Assembly (NCBI GenBank): GCA_963664705.1
Contig: OY761556.1
Coordinates: 5,408,001-5,472,000, forward strand
DNA from: Acidobacteriota bacterium
GTDB taxonomy: Bacteria; Acidobacteriota; UBA6911
Direction: 5' to 3'
Length of the DNA stretch: 64,000 nt
Positions 20,782 to 29,435 of this stretch are shown piece after piece (the first letter of the stretch is position 1; every line of letters starts with the position of its first letter). Below the pieces are notes generated by a model. The model saw nothing but the letters and a program-made list of their open reading frames with translations. It ran no database searches and had not been told where the DNA came from. The translations under genes and the position numbers were made by a program.

Positions 20782-22055
20782 AGTTTCGGTTCCGGAATGC
20801 GGAGCGTCGAAGCTGCTTTGCTCCATGCAAGTTTCCCCTGCACGATTGTGGCGATGCACTCCCCGGCGCCTTCAAGAATGCCGGGCAATAGTTGTCGCTG
20901 TCCCAGGTTTGATGGGATTTCCAGTACCGTCATGTCTGCCCAGTAGCCGCGCCTTAGCCTTCCCAGGACGCCCCCAAAGCCGAGAGCCGAAGCTCCGTTC
21001 AAAGTAGCCGCACGGAATATCTCCTCGCAGCGAATATCCTTGCGCTTCTTGTAGAGATATCTCATCTCATCCAGCATGCTCAGGGAGTCATTGCTGGCGA
21101 GTGAATCGGTGCCAAGGGCCATGTTGACTCCGGAATCCAGGAGTGGCCGCAGCGGATATTCGTCATGACCAAAGAAGCCGTGGCTTCGCGGACAATGCAC
21201 CACACTGCTTCCGGTATTCATGATCCGGCTTATCGATTCCTGATCCAGGTAGTTGCAGTGTACGAGAAGAGATAGCGGTCCCAGGACTCCAAGTGAATCC
21301 AGAAAAGCGATGGGTGCCTGATGCGGAGGATTCCATCCTTCCGGAAGAGCGCCCAGTCGATTGAGGAACTCGATGAACTCCCCTTTCCCCTCTTTCAAAA
21401 AATCGACTTCCGGTTTGGTTTCCGCAACATGGGTAGCAAGCGGGAGTTTCCTTTGCCGGGACAACTCCGCGATTTGGCTGTATAGTGCCGGAGCCACCGA
21501 GTAGGGAGCGTGAGGCGAGACGCCGTGGAACAGCAGGTCAGTTTCAGGCGATTCATCCAGCTGCCGTTTCAGCGACTCGAGTGCTGGGTCCACTGCGCCG
21601 GGCGATAATCCCAGCACTTCCTGAAAGACAATACGACGGAGTTTTTGATTCAGGCCTGCTTCCCAGGCAAAACCGCTGGTTGTAATGTCTCCAACCATGG
21701 TCGTGCCCGTGGCCAGCGCTGCGTCTGCCCCCATCCTTGCAGATTGAAGATACTGTTCTTTGGTCCAGAGCCGGCGCCTATCGATGAGCTGAGACACCCA
21801 ATCCGTGAAGGAATGAAATCGCGTGATCTGGCCGTGAAGGGCGGAAAGCTCCAAATGTGTGTGCGCGTTAATCAGCCCGGGCAGAATCACCGCGTCTCCC
21901 CAATCCATAACCTCGATTCCCGGTATGGATGGCGCATCCTGCCAGGGCTCCACGCGCGAAATACGGCCCGGGCTGGAGATATGGACCGCAGCGTTTTGCA
22001 GCAGGAGATCCGGTTCGGCCAGTACATACCTGGCCCTGTGTACGGCTTTGAGCAT
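20778..22055 (-). CDS. Amidohydrolase family metallo-deaminase (MtaD / aminodeoxyfutalosine deaminase-like)
   Basis: PGLINAHTHLE, SPHAPYS, THVAE, VHCPRS and GTDSLASN. Substrate uncertain. Confidence 0.85.
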   Translation of the reverse strand: MLKAVHRARYVLAEPDLLLQNAAVHISSPGRISRVEPWQDAPSIPGIEVMDWGDAVILPGLINAHTHLELSALHGQITRFHSFTDWVSQLIDRRRLWTKEQYLQSARMGADAALATGTTMVGDITTSGFAWEAGLNQKLRRIVFQEVLGLSPGAVDPALESLKRQLDESPETDLLFHGVSPHAPYSVAPALYSQIAELSRQRKLPLATHVAETKPEVDFLKEGKGEFIEFLNRLGALPEGWNPPHQAPIAFLDSLGVLGPLSLLVHCNYLDQESISRIMNTGSSVVHCPRSHGFFGHDEYPLRPLLDSGVNMALGTDSLASNDSLSMLDEMRYLYKKRKDIRCEEIFRAATLNGASALGFGGVLGRLRRGYWADMTVLEIPSNLGQRQLLPGILEGAGECIATIVQGKLAWSKAASTLRIPEPKL

Positions 22056-22279
22056 AGTTATTCCGGGAATCATATTAAGCGGATAACCTCTTAAGGTCCA
22101 TAATTTGATTTGCGGGCGAAGGAACGACCGCTTATCTGTCTCCAATTTGCAAATTGTAGAATCAGCGAGCTGCCGCCATAATTAGAATTTTGTTTTTCGG
22201 GCTTGGAGCTGCCATTATGCTCCAGTATATTGAGGACTGCGGATAGGCTTTAATACGGTCAGAAGCGGGGGGGGCGAAT

Positions 22280-23230
22280 ATGGCAATTTTACTTAGAGAA
22301 TCGGACGTAGAGAAGTTGGCCACAATGAAAATGGCCATCGAGGCGGTCGAACAGGCTTTCAAACTTCAGGCAGAGCAAAAAGCGGATGTTGCCCCTAGGC
22401 GCCGATGCCGTGTGGAACACGGGATGCTTCACGTGATGAGTGCGTCCCTCCCCACTCTCGGATATGCGGGCTTGAAAAGCTACACCAGCGTAGCCGGCAA
22501 AACCCAGTTTCTTGTTCTGCTTTACAAAGCCGATGGGCAGCTGGCGGCCGTGATCGAAGCGGATAAACTTGGTCAACTGCGGACAGGCGCGGCAAGCGCC
22601 GTGGCAACCAAGTATATGGCGCGCTCGGAGGCTTCGAGGCTTGGCATTATCGGGACCGGATTTCAGGCACGCACCCAAGTTCAGGCGATCTGCGCTGTTC
22701 GCTCGATCAAGACGGTTCTTGCATATTCGAGGGATGCCAAGAAGCGGGAACAGTTCTGCAAAGATATGACCGAATTGGTCGGAATTGGCGTCTATCCGGC
22801 CGGCTCTGCCGAGGAAGCGGTTCGAGAGGTAGACATCGTTGTTACCGCTACGAATTCGAAAGATCCCGTGATCAAGGGTGAATGGCTGTCCAAAGGGCTT
22901 CACGTCAATGCAATTGGAGCGAATGCGCTGTCTCGTCAGGAGCTGGATGTAGATGCTGTTGGAAAAAGCGCCTGTGTGGTTGTGGATTCGGTGGAACAGG
23001 CGAAGCTGGAAGCGGGAGATCTCGCGCGTGCCGCTGAAGCCGAGGCCTTTTATTGGGAAGATGCAAGGGAATTAGGTTTGGTCGTAACCGGCGAATTTCC
23101 CGGCAGAGAAGACGCCGGCGAAATCACCTTATTTGAATCCCAAGGCATTGCTCTCGAGGATGTGGCTCTTGCCCTGCGCATCTATGACCAAGCGGTGAAA
23201 GCCGGCATGGGAGAGCGGTTACCCTTCTAG
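22280..23230 (+). CDS. Ornithine cyclodeaminase / mu-crystallin family protein
   Basis: LRTGAASAVATKYMA, Rossmann GIIGTGFQA, HVNAIGA and FESQGIALED. Confidence 0.92.
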   Translation: MAILLRESDVEKLATMKMAIEAVEQAFKLQAEQKADVAPRRRCRVEHGMLHVMSASLPTLGYAGLKSYTSVAGKTQFLVLLYKADGQLAAVIEADKLGQLRTGAASAVATKYMARSEASRLGIIGTGFQARTQVQAICAVRSIKTVLAYSRDAKKREQFCKDMTELVGIGVYPAGSAEEAVREVDIVVTATNSKDPVIKGEWLSKGLHVNAIGANALSRQELDVDAVGKSACVVVDSVEQAKLEAGDLARAAEAEAFYWEDARELGLVVTGEFPGREDAGEITLFESQGIALEDVALALRIYDQAVKAGMGERLPF

Positions 23231-23316
23231 CGCGTTCATAAGTTCTGCACTGCTGATGCAGCTTTGCTGCGGCTTTTAAACCAGGCCCCCTTTCCAGTCA
23301 TTCGAAAGGAACCCAT

Positions 23317-23736
23317 ATGAGAGAAGCTGTGGATTACGAGGCAGTGACTTCCGCGCCCGTTGAAGAAATTGTTGAGTTGTATAAAGCAGCCGGCTGGTGG
23401 CAGGAAAGCCCGGAAGCACGTGCCGCCATACCGCCAATGATCAAGGGCAGCTTCTGCTTTATGGTGGCCCGCTCCATCGAAGGGCGGATTGTTGGCATGG
23501 CGCGCGTTATTTCAGATGGCTTTAGCGACGCATATATCCAGGATGTTGTCGTTTTGGCAAATTACAGGGGCCGAGGTGTTGGAAAAGAACTTGTCCGCCG
23601 GCTCACGCAATTCTGCGTTTCCCGTAAAATTGCCTGGATTGGTTTGGTTGCTGAACCAGGAACCCAGAGTTTGTACGAGGATCTCGGGTTTGGCCCCCTT
23701 GTTGGATATCAGCCGATGTTGTTTGGCAAACGATAA
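23317..23736 (+). CDS. GNAT family N-acetyltransferase
   Basis: AYIQDVVV…YRGRGVG acetyl-CoA motif and LYEDLGF. Confidence 0.9.
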   Translation: MREAVDYEAVTSAPVEEIVELYKAAGWWQESPEARAAIPPMIKGSFCFMVARSIEGRIVGMARVISDGFSDAYIQDVVVLANYRGRGVGKELVRRLTQFCVSRKIAWIGLVAEPGTQSLYEDLGFGPLVGYQPMLFGKR

Positions 23737-24659
23737 TGAGTGAGTCTTCGTTTCTGGGTTTTGAGTTCGCGCCTGTTAAGTCCGAGGATCGCAACACTCT
23801 TAGCGAATTTCTCAAGCGGTATCCGCAGCGGCTATCCGGGTATACCTTTGCAATGCTGGCCGCCTGGGACTCGTATTTTCACTACGAATGGACCTTTGCG
23901 GAACCGGAGCTTTTGCTTATTTCCTGCACCCTTGAACCCCATGCCCATCGGCATTTGCTGCAACCCGTAGGACCTGCTTCCGATTCTCTACTCCAAGGAA
24001 TTACGCGCAGTGCTGCCGACCTTGCTTATCCGTTGAAAATCATCGGCGTAACCGACAGCTTCCTGAGAATGAACACACTTCTTTCCGGATCGTTCTCTGT
24101 CGCCGAGGATCGGGCGGTCGCGAATTACCTGTACAGCGCGGAAGCGCTGGCACAACTCTCCGGGCGCAAATATTCCAAAAAGCGCAATCTTCTGTCCCAG
24201 GCGACAGGGCTGTATCGCTGGGTATGCGAACCTCTGCACGCCGGGATTATCGATAAGTGCTTTTCGGTCCTGGATTCGATCACCAATGAGGAGCATCCCG
24301 AGGTTGAGGGTATGTTGAAACGGGAACTTGCTGCCCTCAATTGCACGCTCCGGAACGTCAATGATTTTAACCAAAAAGGCCTCGTTGTATCCGTGGAAGG
24401 CCGTCCCGTTGCGTTTTCTATCTATGAAGCAATCAGTCCCACAACCGTGGCCATCCACTTCGAAAGGGCGCTGCGCAGCTATAAGGGACTCTATCAGGTA
24501 GTAAACCTCGAAACCGCCAGGGTGATCGCTGCCGAGGGTTTTCAGTTTATCAATCGGGAAGAAGACCTCGGAGACCCGGGGCTGCGTGATGCGAAGATGT
24601 CGTACCATCCTATTGAGATCGTCCCCGCCTACGAACTGACCTATAAAGCTGGATCATAG
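23736..24659 (+). CDS. DUF2156 / phosphatidylglycerol lysyltransferase C-terminal-like domain protein
   Basis: YLYSAEALAQLSGRKYSKKRN, IHFERA and FINREEDLGDPGLRDAKMSYHP are characteristic of DUF2156. Confidence 0.88.
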   Translation: MSESSFLGFEFAPVKSEDRNTLSEFLKRYPQRLSGYTFAMLAAWDSYFHYEWTFAEPELLLISCTLEPHAHRHLLQPVGPASDSLLQGITRSAADLAYPLKIIGVTDSFLRMNTLLSGSFSVAEDRAVANYLYSAEALAQLSGRKYSKKRNLLSQATGLYRWVCEPLHAGIIDKCFSVLDSITNEEHPEVEGMLKRELAALNCTLRNVNDFNQKGLVVSVEGRPVAFSIYEAISPTTVAIHFERALRSYKGLYQVVNLETARVIAAEGFQFINREEDLGDPGLRDAKMSYHPIEIVPAYELTYKAGS

Positions 24660-24702
24660 CGACCCTCCTTGCCCACACATGCAAACTTGTACTCCGAAAT
24701 CC

Positions 24703-24730
24703 TGAACCTTGCGTAGGGTGTTTTCGTCTT
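24703..24730 (+). promoter_or_regulatory. Putative ECF sigma promoter upstream of the dksA/traR-family gene
   Basis: TGAAC-N17-CGTCTT, the same AAC-N17-CGT geometry as at 5467. Confidence 0.45.
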
Positions 24731-24804
24731 TAATCTGGCAGTTTACATGCCGGCAATTATGATCTATAGTTTCACTTTTTCATTGAGATAGAAGAGGCTT
24801 AGCA

Positions 24805-25146
24805 ATGAACAAGAAGGATCTCAAGAAATTCAAAGCCGCGCTTGAGCAAAAACGCGACTCCATCGTCAACGCGACGGGTAAGAAAGCCCACTGGGAAAAT
24901 ATGGAGGATACGCGGCACGGAGATTTCGTGGATCAGGCCAGCGATGATAACGAGGTCCATGTAAATCTGCGACTCCTTCAGATTGACGCAAAACTGCTTC
25001 GCGCGATTGAAGCCGCCATTGAGAGAATTGACAACGGCAATTATGGCACGTGCACGATCTGCGAAGAGGAAATAAGCATCGCGCGGCTGAATGCCGTCCC
25101 GTGGACTTCCGTTTGTATCGCATGTAAAGAGAAAAAGACGGCCTAA
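24805..25146 (+). CDS. TraR/DksA family C4 zinc-finger transcriptional regulator
   Basis: DFVDQA (DxxDxA), RIDNGNYGTCTIC…RLNAVPWTSVCIAC. Confidence 0.92.
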   Translation: MNKKDLKKFKAALEQKRDSIVNATGKKAHWENMEDTRHGDFVDQASDDNEVHVNLRLLQIDAKLLRAIEAAIERIDNGNYGTCTICEEEISIARLNAVPWTSVCIACKEKKTA

Positions 25147-25334
25147 TCCCGAATCCATCCCGCCTTTTCCCCCCCAGCCAGGAAGTGTCTGTTCCGAGGG
25201 AAGCCATGTCCGCTATCTCACTCGGGACGGCGCCCGACACAACGCAATCAACTCAACCATTTAGTAGCCAAAAAAATAGGGTCTAAGTGTGTTATCGTGT
25301 AAATTGGAATTTATTCCCGTAAAAAGGAGATCCG

Positions 25335-25889
25335 GTGGCCAGAATCTATACAAAAACGGGAGATGATGGAACCACGGGCAGGATTGGTGGAGATCGCGTT
25401 CCCAAAGATTCCCCGTACCCCGAGGCTGTTGGGGCGCTTGACGAACTGAATGCTCTGATTGGAATCGTATGCAGCATGGAAGCACCGGCGGATGTCCGGA
25501 CATTGCTGCAGAGCTTGCAGGATGATCTTTTTCTGGTTGGAGCCCAGCTGGCAACACCAGAGGGGACGGAGTCCAGGAGCCAGGAAATAGACGATCGAGA
25601 TATTCGGAGATTAGAACGTGAGATTGACGGCATCGAAAGCAAGCTCGAGCCGCTAAAGCAGTTCATTCTTCCCGGCGGCTCGATTGCGGGTGCCCACCTT
25701 CATCTCGCGCGATCCGTTGCCCGCAGGGCTGAGCGTTGCATCGTGGCACTGTCCAGGATTGAGAAGATCAGTCCCAAAATCTTTCAGTATCTTAACCGCC
25801 TCTCGGACCTGTGCTTTGTTCTCGCCCGATATGTGAATCAGTCCCAGGCGATTCCCGAGTCTCATCCAACCTTCGGGAAAGCCCGGTAA
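25335..25889 (+). CDS. ATP:cob(I)alamin adenosyltransferase, PduO type
   Basis: IYTKTGDDGTT, GALDELNA, FILPGG, ARRAER and YLNRLSD. GTG start follows AGGAG. Confidence 0.93.
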   Translation: MARIYTKTGDDGTTGRIGGDRVPKDSPYPEAVGALDELNALIGIVCSMEAPADVRTLLQSLQDDLFLVGAQLATPEGTESRSQEIDDRDIRRLEREIDGIESKLEPLKQFILPGGSIAGAHLHLARSVARRAERCIVALSRIEKISPKIFQYLNRLSDLCFVLARYVNQSQAIPESHPTFGKAR

Positions 25890-26227
25890 AGCTCGAGTTT
25901 GTGCTGCAGCCTCTGTTTCATTGAAGGTTTTTTGCGCGGGTGACCGAAGTCCGGAATCCAAAAGGGTTTTTACACCTGCCGGAATGTGCCGGGAACGGGG
26001 ATTGGAAGTGGTAGAGCTAAGCCCGACCTGGAGCCGGCCGGGCTTATTCGTGTCGCGTATGAACGTAATTATGAGGCTCTAATGTTCTTTGAGCAGCGCC
26101 AATATAGGATCCGCCCTTGCGATAAGGGAAATGAAAAACTTTGATATCCGGATCAGACTAACTTATGCTAGGCAAATCATAGGTCTATCCATGATTTGCG
26201 GATGGTCCCGCCTTGCTGGAGGATTTT

Positions 26228-27118
26228 ATGCAAATCGAAACTCTTAAGGTTTTTTGTGATCTGGTAGAAAGCAGAAGCTTCTCTCGCGCCGCAGTCCGCA
26301 ATTTCATCACTCAATCGGCGGTCAGCCAGCAAGTGAAGAACCTGGAAACGCGATTTGAAACACAGTTATTGCGCAGAGATGGCAAGTCTGTAAGCCCAAC
26401 ACCGGCGGGGCGTGTTTTTTATGAACGCTCACGCAGCATCCTGGACAGCTTCGAACATATGCAGTTGGAGATGAAGTCCATTGGCCAGGATATGGGCGGA
26501 AGCGTGCGCGTCGCGACCATCTATAGCGTAGGGCTTTACGAGATATCTATCGTTGTGAAGACCTTCCTGCGAATCTATCCCAAAGTGAATCTGCATGTCG
26601 AGTACAGCAGCGGAGCACGCGTCTATGAGGATTGCCTGCGAGGCGCGCTGGATCTCGGGATTGTCACCTATCCGGAAGCAAGAAAGGGACTCAGGATTAT
26701 CTCCCTGCCGGCCGACAAACTCGTCCTTATTTGCGCCCCGGATCATGCACTTGCCAAAAGACATCATGTTGACATCCATAAACTCAATGGATTGAATTAC
26801 ATAGCTTTTGAGAAAGGGATCGCGAGCCGGCGGGCTTTGGATCGCATTTTCCAGGAGCACGGGATTCAGGTGAATATCGTGATGGAATTCGACAACATCG
26901 AGACCATCAAACGCAGCGTGGAAATTGGCGCCGGCGTTTCGATCGTTCCCCTGTTGAGCGTTCAGAAAGAAGTGCAAAGCGGCTCTTTGGTACAGATCCA
27001 CTTTACTGACAAGAACTTCTACCGACCGTTGGGCGCTATTGTCCGGAGCAAACAGCCGCTGACTCCGGCGGCAAAGAAGTTTATCGAGTTGATGCAAAAT
27101 CCGCAAAAGAGCTCCTGA
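26228..27118 (+). CDS. LysR family transcriptional regulator
   Basis: SFSRAA…TQSAVSQQVKNLE HTH and MEFDNIETIKRSVEIGAGVSIVP. Confidence 0.95.
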   Translation: MQIETLKVFCDLVESRSFSRAAVRNFITQSAVSQQVKNLETRFETQLLRRDGKSVSPTPAGRVFYERSRSILDSFEHMQLEMKSIGQDMGGSVRVATIYSVGLYEISIVVKTFLRIYPKVNLHVEYSSGARVYEDCLRGALDLGIVTYPEARKGLRIISLPADKLVLICAPDHALAKRHHVDIHKLNGLNYIAFEKGIASRRALDRIFQEHGIQVNIVMEFDNIETIKRSVEIGAGVSIVPLLSVQKEVQSGSLVQIHFTDKNFYRPLGAIVRSKQPLTPAAKKFIELMQNPQKSS

Positions 27119-27175
27119 ACCATTTTCGCCACCGAGTCATCTCTGATAGTTAGACAGATAAAGAGAGAGGTGGTT

Positions 27176-27550
27176 ATGAAGAAAGGAGCTGTTTTTGCAG
27201 GTTTATTTGTTGTGCTGTTCCTCGGAGCTGTCATGACAGCCGAGGCAGGCACGCATTATTCCTTTGGCTTCAGTGTGGGCGTTGGTCCGGCTGTGCCTTT
27301 CGGCTACTATCCTTACCCGGCATACCCGTATCCTGCCTATCCTCCAGACTATTACTCGGGCTATTACTCCTACCCGTACAACTACTATTACTATCCATCC
27401 TACAGAACGTACGCGGCGCCCCGCTATTATTATGGCCCGCGGTACAACGATTCCCGCTCTTATCGACGCGATCGTGATCGTGATAATGGAAACCGTTGGA
27501 ATCGTGAAGGACGGTCGAATGGCCGGTCCCGTTCAGGACGATGGCGATAG
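27176..27550 (+). CDS. Small secreted Tyr/Pro-rich, Arg-tailed low-complexity protein
   Basis: Signal peptide ending AEA, a YP-rich middle and an R/D/G/N-rich tail; GAGAGG RBS. Confidence 0.8.
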   Translation: MKKGAVFAGLFVVLFLGAVMTAEAGTHYSFGFSVGVGPAVPFGYYPYPAYPYPAYPPDYYSGYYSYPYNYYYYPSYRTYAAPRYYYGPRYNDSRSYRRDRDRDNGNRWNREGRSNGRSRSGRWR

Positions 27551-27560
27551 TTCTTGCCTC

Positions 27561-27641
27561 AAAATTCAGTCTCGGGGTCAGGCCCTAATATCGAAAAATT
27601 GAAATCGGGGTAACTGGGATCTGACCCCGGGATTGAACATT
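27561..27641. repeat. REP-like inverted repeat between convergent genes
   Basis: TTCAGTCTCGGGGTCAGGCCC … GGGATCTGACCCCGGGATTGAA forms an imperfect long hairpin. Confidence 0.55.
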
Positions 27642-28660
27642 TATCGGGATGTCCTCTGCCTTGGCGATGCATCTCGGCCGAACAGGAGGTACACGCGACT
27701 GGAGGTAAGCAGGCAGAACACGCCCAACGACGCTCCCGCAATTAAGTCTACGACATAGTGATAACGCAAATAAACGGTACCGATGATCAGAAGGATCCCT
27801 ATACCCAGCATGTATCGGCGCACATGGAGTCTGTAGCGGTAAGCCAAAGCTACAGCAACAATTGTCAGCATGGTGTGCCCGCTCGGGAACACATCTCTCT
27901 GTGCGACCGCCAGCGCTGCACTGCTTGACATTCCCCCGTGAATGGACTCGAAAATATTGACGAACCATCGTAAAGCGGGTGTTACCAATAGTCCGGGCAG
28001 GTCGTTATCAATGTTTGCGAAATCGTGCAACGTAAAGCGCGGACCGACCGACGGAAGAGCGAAATATCCGACATAAGACAAAAGGAACCCATAGACAATC
28101 GAGAACCGAAAGAATCTGAACCCGGAGGCATCCCGGTTTCTGTATAACTCAATGCCGATGATCAGAAAGATTGCGTAAAACAGCGAGTATGCGATCTGCA
28201 GCAGTTCCGTCAAAAATGGCTGCGCAAAGGAAGCCATCCATCGGGTTGGATCTACGCCAAATAGCGCTCGATCAAGCCAGATCAATAGCTGGTCGTAGTC
28301 TCTTCCAGGGTGCATTGGACGCACAAGGTAATAGATCTGCTTAAACGTGAAAATCACGAGGGGGAAAGCCGACCAGTCGTGCACGCATCGCAGGATCCTG
28401 GAATTGCTGGATTGGTCGGCACGGGCAATTCCCCACAATACAAAGAAGATCACAGCGTTGGCAACGGGCATCCACCACCATTGCGGGAGCCGCGCATGCA
28501 ACAAAACACTGAGGGCCGAAAGAAAAAGCCAGAAGGAAATCAATAGCCGATCTGTCGAATGAAAAGCCGAAAATGCCGTGTTCGTATTGCTTTCTGCAAG
28601 CTTCCGCACGTGATCATCCATGCAATGTGTGAAATGGTTCAATACTGCTGACTGAGCCAC
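27641..28660 (-). CDS. PAP2-superfamily membrane protein (Aur1/IPC-synthase-like, PAP2_3)
   Basis: Multiple TM helices; PSVGPRF, DVFPSGHT and YLRYHYVVD. The true start may lie downstream (e.g. 28621). Confidence 0.85.
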   Translation of the reverse strand: MAQSAVLNHFTHCMDDHVRKLAESNTNTAFSAFHSTDRLLISFWLFLSALSVLLHARLPQWWWMPVANAVIFFVLWGIARADQSSNSRILRCVHDWSAFPLVIFTFKQIYYLVRPMHPGRDYDQLLIWLDRALFGVDPTRWMASFAQPFLTELLQIAYSLFYAIFLIIGIELYRNRDASGFRFFRFSIVYGFLLSYVGYFALPSVGPRFTLHDFANIDNDLPGLLVTPALRWFVNIFESIHGGMSSSAALAVAQRDVFPSGHTMLTIVAVALAYRYRLHVRRYMLGIGILLIIGTVYLRYHYVVDLIAGASLGVFCLLTSSRVYLLFGRDASPRQRTSR

Positions 28661-28734
28661 CTATAATACTATAGGTGCGGATGGCCGCGTCAGGTGTCGG
28701 AGCAGAATTTGGTGCCCCTTGGAGAGGCGAACCT

Positions 28735-29382
28735 ATGGATTCCAAACAGATGACCAGGTTTTATGTGGTGAGGCATGGCGAGACGGCTGAGAACCTGAAG
28801 ATGACATATCTTGGGATCCGGGATGTCCCTCTAACAGAGAATGGAAACCGGCAGGCGGGCAATGTGGCAGAAGCACTCTCCCCGCTTCCGCTCAAAGCTA
28901 TTGTCTCCAGTCCCTTCCGACGGGCAGCCGATACAGCCGCCCGGATCCGCGATGCCTGCCGCATTGAAATGCGAACCGACCAAAGGCTTGCGGAAGGATC
29001 GTTTGGGCGATGGGAAGGCCACACCAGGGACGAGGTTTTAGGTCTTGGCAGCGAGGATGCGGAATTGCTGGTTCGTTGGGAATCGGACGCCTCCTGTTCC
29101 CCACCGGGCGGAGAGTCCATTGAACATGTGCAGCGGAGGGTTTTGAGTCTTGTTGATGAGCTGTCTTCTAACTGTGCGGGCAGCTCGATCGTCCTTGTCA
29201 GCCATGTCGGGCCTATTAAAGCGCTGCTTGCGGCGGTCCTGGATATACCGCTCCAGTCCACGCGCCGTATGTTTCTGGATCCGGCGTCCATCACCATCGT
29301 GGAATGGGGGCCTCATCCGTTGCTGCGGCTTTTCAATTCGCATGCTCACCTGGGATGGGTCCACGCCCGCTGGATGACATAG
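28735..29382 (+). CDS. Histidine phosphatase family protein (PGM/CobC-like)
   Basis: VVRHGET, SSPFRRA, FGRWEG, PPGGES and VSHVGPI. ATG follows GGAGAGG. Confidence 0.92.
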   Translation: MDSKQMTRFYVVRHGETAENLKMTYLGIRDVPLTENGNRQAGNVAEALSPLPLKAIVSSPFRRAADTAARIRDACRIEMRTDQRLAEGSFGRWEGHTRDEVLGLGSEDAELLVRWESDASCSPPGGESIEHVQRRVLSLVDELSSNCAGSSIVLVSHVGPIKALLAAVLDIPLQSTRRMFLDPASITIVEWGPHPLLRLFNSHAHLGWVHARWMT

Positions 29383-29435
29383 TTGATCGGCTATGCTCCA
29401 AGGACTGAAAACGTTGTGGTAGAATCTCGCGCGCT

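Noticed and set aside
25147-25334. Cobalamin riboswitch upstream of pduO
   Set aside because: The conserved elements (GGGAA…GCCACTG B12-box) are not found in the right arrangement.
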